From Candidatus Sumerlaeota bacterium (GTDB lineage: Bacteria > Sumerlaeota > Sumerlaeia > SLMS01 > JAHLLQ01): a stretch of DNA of 40,602 nucleotides. The notes under the pieces are model-generated. The model was given only the letters and a program-made list of their open reading frames with translations, searched no databases and was not told the DNA's origin. How positions within the stretch are numbered: position 1 is the stretch's first letter; the number at the start of each line of letters is the position of its first letter. The position numbers were made by a program, and so were the translations under genes. The stretch is from assembly GCA_036751885.1 (NCBI GenBank), contig DAIOTT010000006.1, forward strand, positions 1 through 40,602, written 5' to 3'. Below, piece by piece: positions 17,977 to 25,898 of this stretch.

Positions 17977-19056
17977 CTACTTAGTCAACTGTGTTTCAAA
18001 CGGGTATTCTATGCTCATAAGAACAGGGCGAATGGTATTTGCCCAAAGCTTGTAACCAACTTGATTCAGGTGAAGTTGATCCTCCACAAAATACACCGCT
18101 TTGGCTTTGCCCGCATCATCCAACAAGGGCGTTGTTACATCGATAAACGCAAGCAACGAATTTTCACTGCACTCCTCACGGAGTAGGTTGTTCAGATGAT
18201 CCGTGCGTGCACGAAACTCCTCGCGGCTGGGGCTAGGGATTGGGCCTAAAACGTAAACACGGCATTCAGGCAAATGCTGATGTATCAGGCTGATGAACTC
18301 CTTGAATCTTTCCACCACCGTTTCAGGAAAAACCCCGTGAGCAAGATCATTACTGCCGCCGTATAAAAGAATTGCACGGGGTTTGTATGGGAGAACAATG
18401 GAAGGGAAAAAGTAAACGTAATCGTTCATCATGCTTCCGCCAAAAGCACGGGGAACGATGTGTAGCGGGGCCAAATCCTGCTGGATTGTAGCTTGCCAAT
18501 TGAGCATGTTAGAGGAGCCAATTGCCAAAATTCCCCCAGCAGTGGGCATTTCAACTTGGTCTTGCTTGAGGTAAAGATCTATGTCAGGCTGATAACGAGC
18601 AGGATCCGGATAAGGAACATCCAGCAGAGCACTTCGGAATTGATTTACAACCACGTCAACCTCCGTGGATTCATTCACCGTAATGATTGTATTCTCAGGC
18701 GCGGTGAAGTCCGCATTCAGCGCTTCCGTATTCCAGCTTCCCTGCGTGAGTTTAAACTCCACTGCAAACCCCTGAGGGACACTGATCACCGCCGAACGCT
18801 TGTTTTGTTCGCCCTGTAGTAGCAAACCGTTGGGCTTCCAGTTCCCCAAAGCTTCCGTGTTTCCTGTGAGATAAACCTTGCCGGAATCTTGAGGGACAGT
18901 GACATTAATTCGAAGCTCCACCATGAGTTCTAATCCTTCTTCCGGCGAATCATCGGCTGAGTGCTCTTGGCTATCAGACCGAGTAAAATCCGCTTCAACC
19001 CATAATGGATGCGCGAGAATTGCAGCGAACAGAATTATCCTGAACAGTGAATTCAT
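17977..19056 (-). CDS. secreted CBM20-like carbohydrate-binding module fused to SGNH/GDSL-type esterase
   Basis: I place the start at ATG 19056, giving the signal peptide MNSLFRIILFAAILAHPLWVEA. The track's extension to 19314 overlaps the upstream lipoprotein gene. The CBM20-like block is KVYLTGNTEALGNWKPNG...EFKLTQGSWNTE. SGNH blocks are IGSSNM (I), GGSNDL (III) and DQLHLN (V, DxxH). Confidence 0.65.
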   Translation of the reverse strand: MNSLFRIILFAAILAHPLWVEADFTRSDSQEHSADDSPEEGLELMVELRINVTVPQDSGKVYLTGNTEALGNWKPNGLLLQGEQNKRSAVISVPQGFAVEFKLTQGSWNTEALNADFTAPENTIITVNESTEVDVVVNQFRSALLDVPYPDPARYQPDIDLYLKQDQVEMPTAGGILAIGSSNMLNWQATIQQDLAPLHIVPRAFGGSMMNDYVYFFPSIVLPYKPRAILLYGGSNDLAHGVFPETVVERFKEFISLIHQHLPECRVYVLGPIPSPSREEFRARTDHLNNLLREECSENSLLAFIDVTTPLLDDAGKAKAVYFVEDQLHLNQVGYKLWANTIRPVLMSIEYPFETQLTK

Positions 19057-19093
19057 TGATTCAAGCCGGTAATATTTAGGTGATTGCTGAAGT

Positions 19094-19786
19094 TCAAAAT
19101 TGCTGTGCTGCCAGGCTTTTATCGATTTCTTTCTCAATCGTGCTAAAGGCATTTGCAAAGGCACTGGAGACCGCTTCGTTGATTTGGATTTTATAATTAT
19201 AGGCTGAGTCAGCACCGCGCATCGGCTTTCCGCTTCCTCGGAAAATGCCTTGAAAAATCTCTTTGTTGGTCGATCGGTCTCGGAAGGAAACATCCATAAT
19301 GTATTGTCCCGCACCAGCGATAAAAGCGAACTGAACCTTGTGGATGATCAGCATGTACCCTTCATCTTGCGTTAGAACCTCAGGAACAAAGGAAATGCTT
19401 TCTTTCAATTGTTCAGGAGTAATGGGCCTAAACTCCTTTTGCTCCTGAACATGAACAAACTCCAAACCTTCGGGCTCAACCCCGCGTAAGAACGAATACT
19501 CTGAGTCAGACATAATGAACAACCGCTCAACCTTTCGATCCAGCCGTGCTGAGGCCTGAATCTTCATCGCTTGGCCGTAGTAAATATGGTATTTATTGAA
19601 GTAATACAGTTTGCTTTGTTTGGACGTGTAGCGAACTTGCTCCGCATGATCTGGCGTAATAATCAAAAGCGGCGCGTTGATTTTGTTGGATGTTGAATAG
19701 GGTGCATGCGGGGCAAACCGAACGTAATGACTACACCCCGAGAGTAGGAAAACAAAGCACAGAGCAAGCGAGAAAAATACCTTCAT
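19094..19786 (-). CDS. hypothetical lipoprotein
   Basis: MKVFFSLALCFVFLLSGCSHY is a classic signal peptide with an L-S-G-C lipobox. I recognise no family. Confidence 0.6.
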   Translation of the reverse strand: MKVFFSLALCFVFLLSGCSHYVRFAPHAPYSTSNKINAPLLIITPDHAEQVRYTSKQSKLYYFNKYHIYYGQAMKIQASARLDRKVERLFIMSDSEYSFLRGVEPEGLEFVHVQEQKEFRPITPEQLKESISFVPEVLTQDEGYMLIIHKVQFAFIAGAGQYIMDVSFRDRSTNKEIFQGIFRGSGKPMRGADSAYNYKIQINEAVSSAFANAFSTIEKEIDKSLAAQQF

Positions 19787-19850
19787 AACTAAACCGTATT
19801 ACAAACCTTTGAGAATTGAGGAGTAGGTGTTATGTCCTAAAAAATTGGTG

Positions 19851-20558
19851 TTAACGAGATAGCAACTTTAGTACGCCACCATCATCACCGGTGGGGCGCA
19901 CCTTCAATTGCATGATAACATCCGTGTGTTCCGGTAAGCCTTCGTTCATGCTCAGGATTCTATTCTCCTTTGCCAAAAGGGCATACCAAGTATGCTCAAG
20001 CCGTGGGGTGCTTCTTGAGGGCAAAACACCGAACACGCGAGAACTATAGCTGGCGGGATCATGAAGCAGGGCAACACCCAACGCCTCCCTGCGGGAAATC
20101 TCCGCATTACGCTCCACTGAATCCGGCGTAATGATCAGAATTTCAACCATGTTGGAAAGTCGAGTTTTGTTTTTCATTACCCACTGGTAAAGTGCCCGCG
20201 CCTCAGGGGAATCATCCCCCGGCGAAAACAACAGCAACGCATCACCGCCAAGCACAATCTCGCGAGTGGAAACCTCGCGACCTGCTTGATCCAACAACCA
20301 CAACGGCGGAACCGCATTGCCCACAACTAAAGGGGAACGCCGCGGAGAGTTCTCCAAGTTGCGGGGATCAACCCCGGAGGTAAGCTCCACGTTTGGCGAT
20401 GCACCATCCTCCAAAACGATGGGTCGGCAGCTAAATAAGCCGATGCTCAAACCTACGGCAGCAACAATGAGCAGCACACTGCGCGCAAAGCCCTTGCGGG
20501 TGTTTTGCAATGCAGCAAAGAATGAAGAGAATTGAACGGACAATTGAACGGAAAACAT
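19851..20558 (-). CDS. peroxiredoxin/AhpC-TSA-fold lipoprotein lacking the peroxidatic cysteine
   Basis: ATG at 20558 has AGGAG 12 nt upstream. The signal and lipobox read ..RSVLLIVAAVGLSIGLFSC. The body follows the BCP/AhpC-TSA pattern (LLDQAGREVSTREIVLGGDALLLFSPGDDSPEA...ILIITPDS...LGVALLHDP). SPEA replaces the usual TPxC, and the mature protein has no other Cys. Confidence 0.5.
   Translation of the reverse strand: MFSVQLSVQFSSFFAALQNTRKGFARSVLLIVAAVGLSIGLFSCRPIVLEDGASPNVELTSGVDPRNLENSPRRSPLVVGNAVPPLWLLDQAGREVSTREIVLGGDALLLFSPGDDSPEARALYQWVMKNKTRLSNMVEILIITPDSVERNAEISRREALGVALLHDPASYSSRVFGVLPSRSTPRLEHTWYALLAKENRILSMNEGLPEHTDVIMQLKVRPTGDDGGVLKLLSR
20530..20553. repeat. 12-bp tandem direct repeat (AATTGAACGGAC / AATTGAACGGAA)
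   Basis: Read directly. It sits 4 nt upstream of the plus-strand ATG at 20557. It also lies inside the first 10 codons of the minus-strand gene, where it encodes SVQLSVQF. Confidence 0.7.
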
Positions 20559-22404
20559 GAGTAAAGTAAACTCCTTGAACGAACTTTCAACTGAACGCCC
20601 AGCCAACGCAAGCGGGGAGTTCAATGCTGGTGGCAATCCGCGCCCCGTTGCGCAGGATTTTGAACGCCTTGCTCCCCTGCAATCCGTTCAAAATGCCCTG
20701 CGCAAATTTGGCTGGCCGCGCTTTGCAACAACAGCGTTGGCCCTGATGTTCTATGCCTTTTGGTTTGCTGCCACCGGATTGCTGAACGATCCCGAGCAAT
20801 TTGATCTTGTGATTGATGAATCCTTGCGGATTGCTGTAAACGACCCCCACAGCCCGTTGATCATTGCTGACCTGCAAAATCCCAACGCAGGCATTACAGT
20901 TCATTACCCGGATTTCCCAATCAATTTTGTGCAAGTACGGGTCGACGCAAACCCCGGGAGTTCCCTTCAGATAGAAGATTCCGCGGCAACTGAGCCCTTC
21001 ACAGCCCGCTCAGAAGAACAGCAGACCCGCCTGCTTGAACAAAACACCCAGCCCACCCAGCAAGCCCACAAGCTTACAATCCGTGCAGCCGCAGATAATC
21101 ACATCCGCCGTGTAGAAGTGATTTTCGGTGTTCGGCCAAACGGCAAACTGCACCGACCGCAAGCCTTGGTTGCGTTGGGGGGAGTGACAATTCTGCTAAG
21201 CTTTTTCCTGCTTCTTACGAGCAGGGAAATTCAGCAAAACAGAAACCGCACCCTAAACATCTACATTCTTTTCACCGCTCTAATCATCTTCACAGGGCTG
21301 GTGCTCCGCAGCATTCAAGCGGAAAACGCCTATTACCAAGAGCTTGGGTATGATGCCACTGGGTATGTGGAGATTGCCAAACTTGGCGGCGGACTGTACG
21401 AAACGGCCATGAGCAAACCCCCTTGGGTACGCGAGCCCCTTTGGCCGTGGATTTTGCGGGCGTGGTTCCTTATTTTTCCCGGGACAAATGCCGGTGCCAT
21501 GCACTGCTCGCTGTTTGTCTCCGTTGCTGCCATGGGCCTAGCGGCCGTTGTAGGGCGCCGAGTTTTCGGGGATTTCCCCGGCCTAATCGGCGTGGCCGCA
21601 TTGGCAATCACACCGGAATGGATTGGCATGAGCGCCCGCGTGTTGCGCCATGATTTAGTGCTGCTGCTGATTCTGTTGGGTCTTGGGCTAAAAACCTGGA
21701 AAACCCTTGAGCGCGCCCCATATTTTAGGTCTTCGGCATGGGGCCTTTGGGGTGCTGCCATCATGCTGACCCAGTTTAGCTTTTTGCTCTTCGTCTTCCC
21801 CATGCTCGCTTGGGAAGCCGTTCGCACACGGTGGAAGCCAACCGAATACGCTTTAGCCGCTGGAATTCTGGCCCTTCTGATTACGCCCCACCTCATGTTT
21901 AACGCACGGTTTCAAGATTCCGGCGATCCACTCTTCTCAAGCTCCATTCACACGCTATATTATTTCAACAAAGAAAACATAGGGAAACCCGGCTTTCCAT
22001 CGGCCCTAGAGTTCCGGGAGAACCCCTACGTGGGTGAACCCATGAGCACGGCGGAATTCTTTTTCAAACATCACACGTTTTTAGAGGTCGTAAAGATTCA
22101 CCTGAAAGGCTACTGGAACCTGTTCGTATGGGTTCAGCCGAGGATTTATCTCTTCAGAGGCGTAGAATGGCTGATGCTGCCGGGCCTTTTAGGCGGCATT
22201 GAACTGCTGCGACGCAGAAAGGAGTGGGCTGCCCTGGTGTTTGCTTTTGCCGTGTTGCCGTTTGCCTTCATCGCCGGCTTAGGGGCCGATTTGCGCTTAG
22301 GAATGGAAGCAACGGTGTTTGTAGCCTGGGTATGGGGAATAGGGATTGTGGCAATGACTAACGGCGCTTTATGGCTTATAAAACAACGCGAGGCTAAGAA
22401 ATAA
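20557..22404 (+). CDS. GT-C fold integral-membrane glycosyltransferase (ArnT / PMT_2 family 39-like)
   Basis: 615 aa with more than 10 predicted hydrophobic helices. A loop reading QELGYDATGYVEIAK...YETAMSKPPWVREPLWPW is followed by helix-rich segments, as in ArnT/PMT_2-like enzymes. A roughly 130-aa non-membrane insert lies between helix 1 and helix 2. Confidence 0.55.
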   Translation: MSKVNSLNELSTERPANASGEFNAGGNPRPVAQDFERLAPLQSVQNALRKFGWPRFATTALALMFYAFWFAATGLLNDPEQFDLVIDESLRIAVNDPHSPLIIADLQNPNAGITVHYPDFPINFVQVRVDANPGSSLQIEDSAATEPFTARSEEQQTRLLEQNTQPTQQAHKLTIRAAADNHIRRVEVIFGVRPNGKLHRPQALVALGGVTILLSFFLLLTSREIQQNRNRTLNIYILFTALIIFTGLVLRSIQAENAYYQELGYDATGYVEIAKLGGGLYETAMSKPPWVREPLWPWILRAWFLIFPGTNAGAMHCSLFVSVAAMGLAAVVGRRVFGDFPGLIGVAALAITPEWIGMSARVLRHDLVLLLILLGLGLKTWKTLERAPYFRSSAWGLWGAAIMLTQFSFLLFVFPMLAWEAVRTRWKPTEYALAAGILALLITPHLMFNARFQDSGDPLFSSSIHTLYYFNKENIGKPGFPSALEFRENPYVGEPMSTAEFFFKHHTFLEVVKIHLKGYWNLFVWVQPRIYLFRGVEWLMLPGLLGGIELLRRRKEWAALVFAFAVLPFAFIAGLGADLRLGMEATVFVAWVWGIGIVAMTNGALWLIKQREAKK

Positions 22405-22409
22405 GGCGT

Positions 22410-23462
22410 TTAGGCTTTGGGGTTGATAATCTTTTCGTAGTAATGAGGGCTGAGTTTATATTCAACGCAGAGAGACTTTATCAGTTCTTCCTGCCCGCGA
22501 TACCAATCGTCATCCTTGAGGATATTTTTCCGGCTATACAAATCAAATAATATTTCCAAATCATCAATTTGCCCCAATATTATTCTTTCATTATAATAAA
22601 CAAGATATTGGTAGTAATTTTTCACCCATTTCACATAATACAACACAAACAAAAAAATAACAATCTGATACTTTACTTCAAAAAATAATACAATCCCAAT
22701 AACTATGGCCAATATAATTGTTATTAAGATGAACACACTTGCACTAATAATTGATCGAGTTCCTGATTCCACAATACGTTTTTCTCTTCTATAACCAACC
22801 AATTCAAACAGGATTGCTTTGCGATTTGCCTCCATCATCTTCATAATAGCATCATGAGGAAATTGATTTACAAGATAAATCGCAGCACCTAATATGGTCA
22901 AAAAAGCAGCGCAGTATACAAAATAAAAAAACAAATCACTCAATTCGCCCCAGAAGTTATAAGTAAAAAATGAAAATAATACAATTACCAACAAAGCAAA
23001 GATTACTTGAAAAAATAAATTCCTCTTTTCAATTTCACGATGAATACTCAATTCCAATAAATCTGTTACAGTAGTGCGTGTTTCCAAAAACACTGAAATA
23101 CGACGCCAATCAATAAACTCTAGAATAAATTCTTTTTTACAAATGGGGATAATAAAATCAAAAGGAAGTATTTTTTTATCACCAAAACGTCTTGTATAAT
23201 ATTGATTTAAGGCAAAGATCAGCAGTAAGGAAAAAGCAAAAAAAACAAAAAAACTATAGTTAATTCTAAACATCACAAAGGCAAAAGAGAGTATCGCCAA
23301 CACGCGAAAAATACTGCTCAGCAAATCAAGGGAACTCATAAAATTCCCCAAAATTCTTTTTCTCAATGGCAAAGATGAATACCATTCATGAAGAGGAATT
23401 TCAGCTAATAAATGGTTCATTGGGTTAGGCTTGAATATTTTTTGATAAATTGAACACAACAC
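22410..23462 (-). CDS. low-GC multi-pass membrane protein, paralog 1 (unknown family)
   Basis: 350 aa. The GTG at 23462 has a perfect GGAGG 7 nt upstream. It has about six hydrophobic helices in three pairs, each pair preceded by an (R/K)K.(I)L..(E/F) segment. The C-terminal soluble domain reads ..DLYSRKNILKDDDWYRGQEELIKSLCVEYKLSPHYYEKIINPKA. Confidence 0.65.
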   Translation of the reverse strand: MLCSIYQKIFKPNPMNHLLAEIPLHEWYSSLPLRKRILGNFMSSLDLLSSIFRVLAILSFAFVMFRINYSFFVFFAFSLLLIFALNQYYTRRFGDKKILPFDFIIPICKKEFILEFIDWRRISVFLETRTTVTDLLELSIHREIEKRNLFFQVIFALLVIVLFSFFTYNFWGELSDLFFYFVYCAAFLTILGAAIYLVNQFPHDAIMKMMEANRKAILFELVGYRREKRIVESGTRSIISASVFILITIILAIVIGIVLFFEVKYQIVIFLFVLYYVKWVKNYYQYLVYYNERIILGQIDDLEILFDLYSRKNILKDDDWYRGQEELIKSLCVEYKLSPHYYEKIINPKA

Positions 23463-23539
23463 TTTTTTACCTCCATCACAAATCGCTTACTAAGACTTGC
23501 AGTTCTCGCTAAATTAGGCAACCCAAGAGACTAAGGCGT

Positions 23540-23986
23540 TTAGGCTTTTTGATTGATAAGTTTTTCGTAATAAGCCTCACTTAGTTCATATTGTTCGCAC
23601 AAGGCTTTGATCGACTTTTCTTGCCCCCTGAACCAATCATCATCCTTGAGGATATATCGTCGATGATACAAATCTAGAAGTACGCTTATTTCCGAAATGA
23701 TTACAAGCATACCCTTTGCCTGCCTAAACCATAAATACTTACATTTCCTAACAAACAAGAAACACAAATAAAAATACACAATTACTGCCAAAACACCAAA
23801 CAGAACGGTTAGCTTCGGCCATAATATTAAATGATAAGCCCCGTAAAAGACCAAAATAACTATTGCGAAAAATAACAGTACTTTAAATAGAGAAACAGAA
23901 AAAGACCTTAAGTTCACTTTGTATTTATTCGCACCAAGCAATTCAATTGCCGCTGATTTTTTACATGAATCCAGTATGCTCTTCAC
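23540..23986 (-). CDS. low-GC membrane protein, paralog 2 (single-module copy; start uncertain, possibly degenerate)
   Basis: The ORF track extends this to 24202. The extension has native GC content and contains a strong terminator at 24041-24078. The homologous low-GC part begins near 23990, and the only in-frame start there is GTG at 23986 with no SD. The last 44 aa are 30/44 identical to paralog 1. Confidence 0.4.
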   Translation of the reverse strand: MKSILDSCKKSAAIELLGANKYKVNLRSFSVSLFKVLLFFAIVILVFYGAYHLILWPKLTVLFGVLAVIVYFYLCFLFVRKCKYLWFRQAKGMLVIISEISVLLDLYHRRYILKDDDWFRGQEKSIKALCEQYELSEAYYEKLINQKA

Positions 23987-24034
23987 CCCACAAAGGATTA
24001 CGTACTTTTTGCGGCGGCTTGGCTGATGGTTTTG

Positions 24035-24078
24035 GGCAAAAAAACACCCGAATCGGCAGAAGTGCGTTCGGGTGTTTT
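24035..24078 (-). terminator. strong rho-independent terminator (minus strand)
   Basis: AAAACACCCGAA (24041-24052) and TTCGGGTGTTTT (24067-24078) are perfect reverse complements: a 12-bp stem with a 14-nt loop. On the minus strand the stem runs into a 7-T tract. Confidence 0.75.
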
Positions 24079-24140
24079 GCAATTGTGTGATGTAATCAAG
24101 TAAGCCAGACGGATGAATGCGCCTGAAGACTTCTTGAGCC

Positions 24141-24239
24141 TTACAGGGGTTCGTTGCTATCGTCAAAGCAGCCAAGTTGCCAGCACAGAAGAGTGCCAAC
24201 AATCATGAGGGGGATGAAAATTCCGGCAAAGTAGTACAT
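24141..24239 (-). CDS. candidate 32-aa hydrophobic small protein
   Basis: ATG at 24239 is preceded by GGAG (24250-24247) with a 7-nt spacer. The product is MYYFAGIFIPLMIVGTLLCWQLGCFDDSNEPL, one transmembrane helix with an acidic tail. The stop is at 24141, and the terminator follows 62 nt downstream. It is below the ORF-track cutoff as a stand-alone ORF, falling within the 84-aa track ORF 24141..24395. Confidence 0.35.
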   Translation of the reverse strand: MYYFAGIFIPLMIVGTLLCWQLGCFDDSNEPL

Positions 24240-24270
24240 ATTATGGCTCCATAGCTGTGTCAGGTGGAAA

Positions 24271-24299
24271 ATCCTTTGCCCCACAGCCTCAAATGTCAA
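24271..24299 (-). promoter_or_regulatory. candidate promoter for the small ORF
   Basis: The minus strand reads a perfect TTGACA (24299-24294), a 17-nt spacer, then a weak AAGGAT (24276-24271). This is a pattern match only. Confidence 0.2.
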
Positions 24300-24362
24300 G
24301 CCTAGCACAACGTTGGCTAATACCTTTTTTTGAGTGTTATTCCATTTTTTTAGACGGATGTT

Positions 24363-25781
24363 ATGATTATGCTGTATGCTATTCCCCCTTCGCACCGAAT
24401 TTCAGGGCTTTTTGCAAACCCGCCTCTGGGGCAAACGGTTACGCTTCAAGGGTGGGTGCGAACGCGTCGTGATTCCAAGGTGGGATTTTCCTTTCTGGAA
24501 GTGAACGATGGTTCCACGTTGAAGGGCATTCAAGTGGTGATTCCGGGGGATTTGGCGAATTACGCGAGCGAGGTGCTTCACCTTGGCACGGGGTGCAGCG
24601 TTCGGGTTCAGGGGACGCTTGTGGAATCGCAAGGGAAGGGGCAAAGCGTTGAAATTCAAGCGTCGACAGTGCAGGTGATTGGCTGGGTGGAGGATCCCGA
24701 GACGTACCCCATGGCGAAGAAGCGCCACTCGTTGGAGCATTTGCGCGAGGTTGCCCACTTGCGCCCGCGAAGCAATACAATCGGCGCGGTGGCTCGCTTG
24801 AGGAACCGCATGGCGTTTGCCACGCACGAGTTTTTTCAGGAGCAGGGCTTTCTGTATGTTCACACGCCGATTATTACGGCGAGCGATTGCGAGGGGGCGG
24901 GCGAGATGTTTACGGTGACAACGCTGAACCTAGAGGCGCTGGTAAAAGCTAAGGCTGAAGGGGTGGATTACGGTCAGGATTTTTTTGGCAAACGGGCGCA
25001 CCTAACGGTTTCGGGTCAGTTGAACGGTGAAACATATGCTTCTGCCTTGACGAATATCTACACGTTTGGGCCCACGTTTAGGGCTGAAAACTCCAACACG
25101 ACGCGACACCTTTCGGAGTTTTGGATGGTGGAACCTGAGATGGCGTTCTGCGATTTGCAGGGCGATGCCGCCGTGGCTGAGGCTTATATTAAAAGGCTTT
25201 TCACGACAGCCTTGGCTGATTGCGCTGAAGATATGGCCTTCTTTGATGAACACGTGGAGAAAGGCGTTGTGGCGCGTTTGGAGGGGATTGTGGGGGCAGA
25301 GTTCACCCGATTGACTTATACCGAAGCCATAGGCTTGCTAGAGGCCAGCAAGCAGACGTTTGAGTTCCCCGTAAGGTGGGGCATTGATTTGCAAACTGAA
25401 CACGAACGCTGGCTAACCGAGCAGCATGTAAATGGGCCAGTGATTCTGACGGACTACCCTAAAGAGATTAAGGCCTTTTATATGCGCCAAAACGAGGACG
25501 GCAAAACCGTGGCAGCGATGGATGTGTTGCTCCCCGGCATTGGGGAAATGATTGGCGGAAGCCAGCGCGAAGAACGGCGCGATGTTTTGGAAGCCCGCCT
25601 TGTAGAGCTTGGCCTGAACCTAGCGGACTACCACTGGTACTTGGATTTGCGCCGATACGGCACAGTTCCCCACGCGGGATTTGGCTTGGGCTTTGAACGG
25701 GCGATTCAGTTCATCAGCGGGTTGGGAAACATACGGGATGTAATCCCCTTCCCCCGAGCGCCTAAACATGCGGAATTCTAA
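24363..25781 (+). CDS. asnS: asparagine--tRNA ligase
   Basis: 472 aa with class IIb motifs: [32 protein letters not shown] and [15 protein letters not shown]. Confidence 0.93.
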   Translation: MIMLYAIPPSHRISGLFANPPLGQTVTLQGWVRTRRDSKVGFSFLEVNDGSTLKGIQVVIPGDLANYASEVLHLGTGCSVRVQGTLVESQGKGQSVEIQASTVQVIGWVEDPETYPMAKKRHSLEHLREVAHLRPRSNTIGAVARLRNRMAFATHEFFQEQGFLYVHTPIITASDCEGAGEMFTVTTLNLEALVKAKAEGVDYGQDFFGKRAHLTVSGQLNGETYASALTNIYTFGPTFRAENSNTTRHLSEFWMVEPEMAFCDLQGDAAVAEAYIKRLFTTALADCAEDMAFFDEHVEKGVVARLEGIVGAEFTRLTYTEAIGLLEASKQTFEFPVRWGIDLQTEHERWLTEQHVNGPVILTDYPKEIKAFYMRQNEDGKTVAAMDVLLPGIGEMIGGSQREERRDVLEARLVELGLNLADYHWYLDLRRYGTVPHAGFGLGFERAIQFISGLGNIRDVIPFPRAPKHAEF

Positions 25782-25898
25782 CTCACGGTGATTTTATTAC
25801 ACCGCAACCAGCGCGCGAATTTCATCCCTTGCGCCCCCACGAACCGAAGTGTTTAGTACTTATAACATTTATTATTATTTTGAGGAGTAATAGCACCT

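Noticed and set aside
19057-19314. N-terminal 86-codon extension of the SGNH esterase ORF.
   Set aside because: It overlaps the 3' end of the upstream lipoprotein gene (stop at 19094). The internal ATG at 19056 gives a clean signal peptide.
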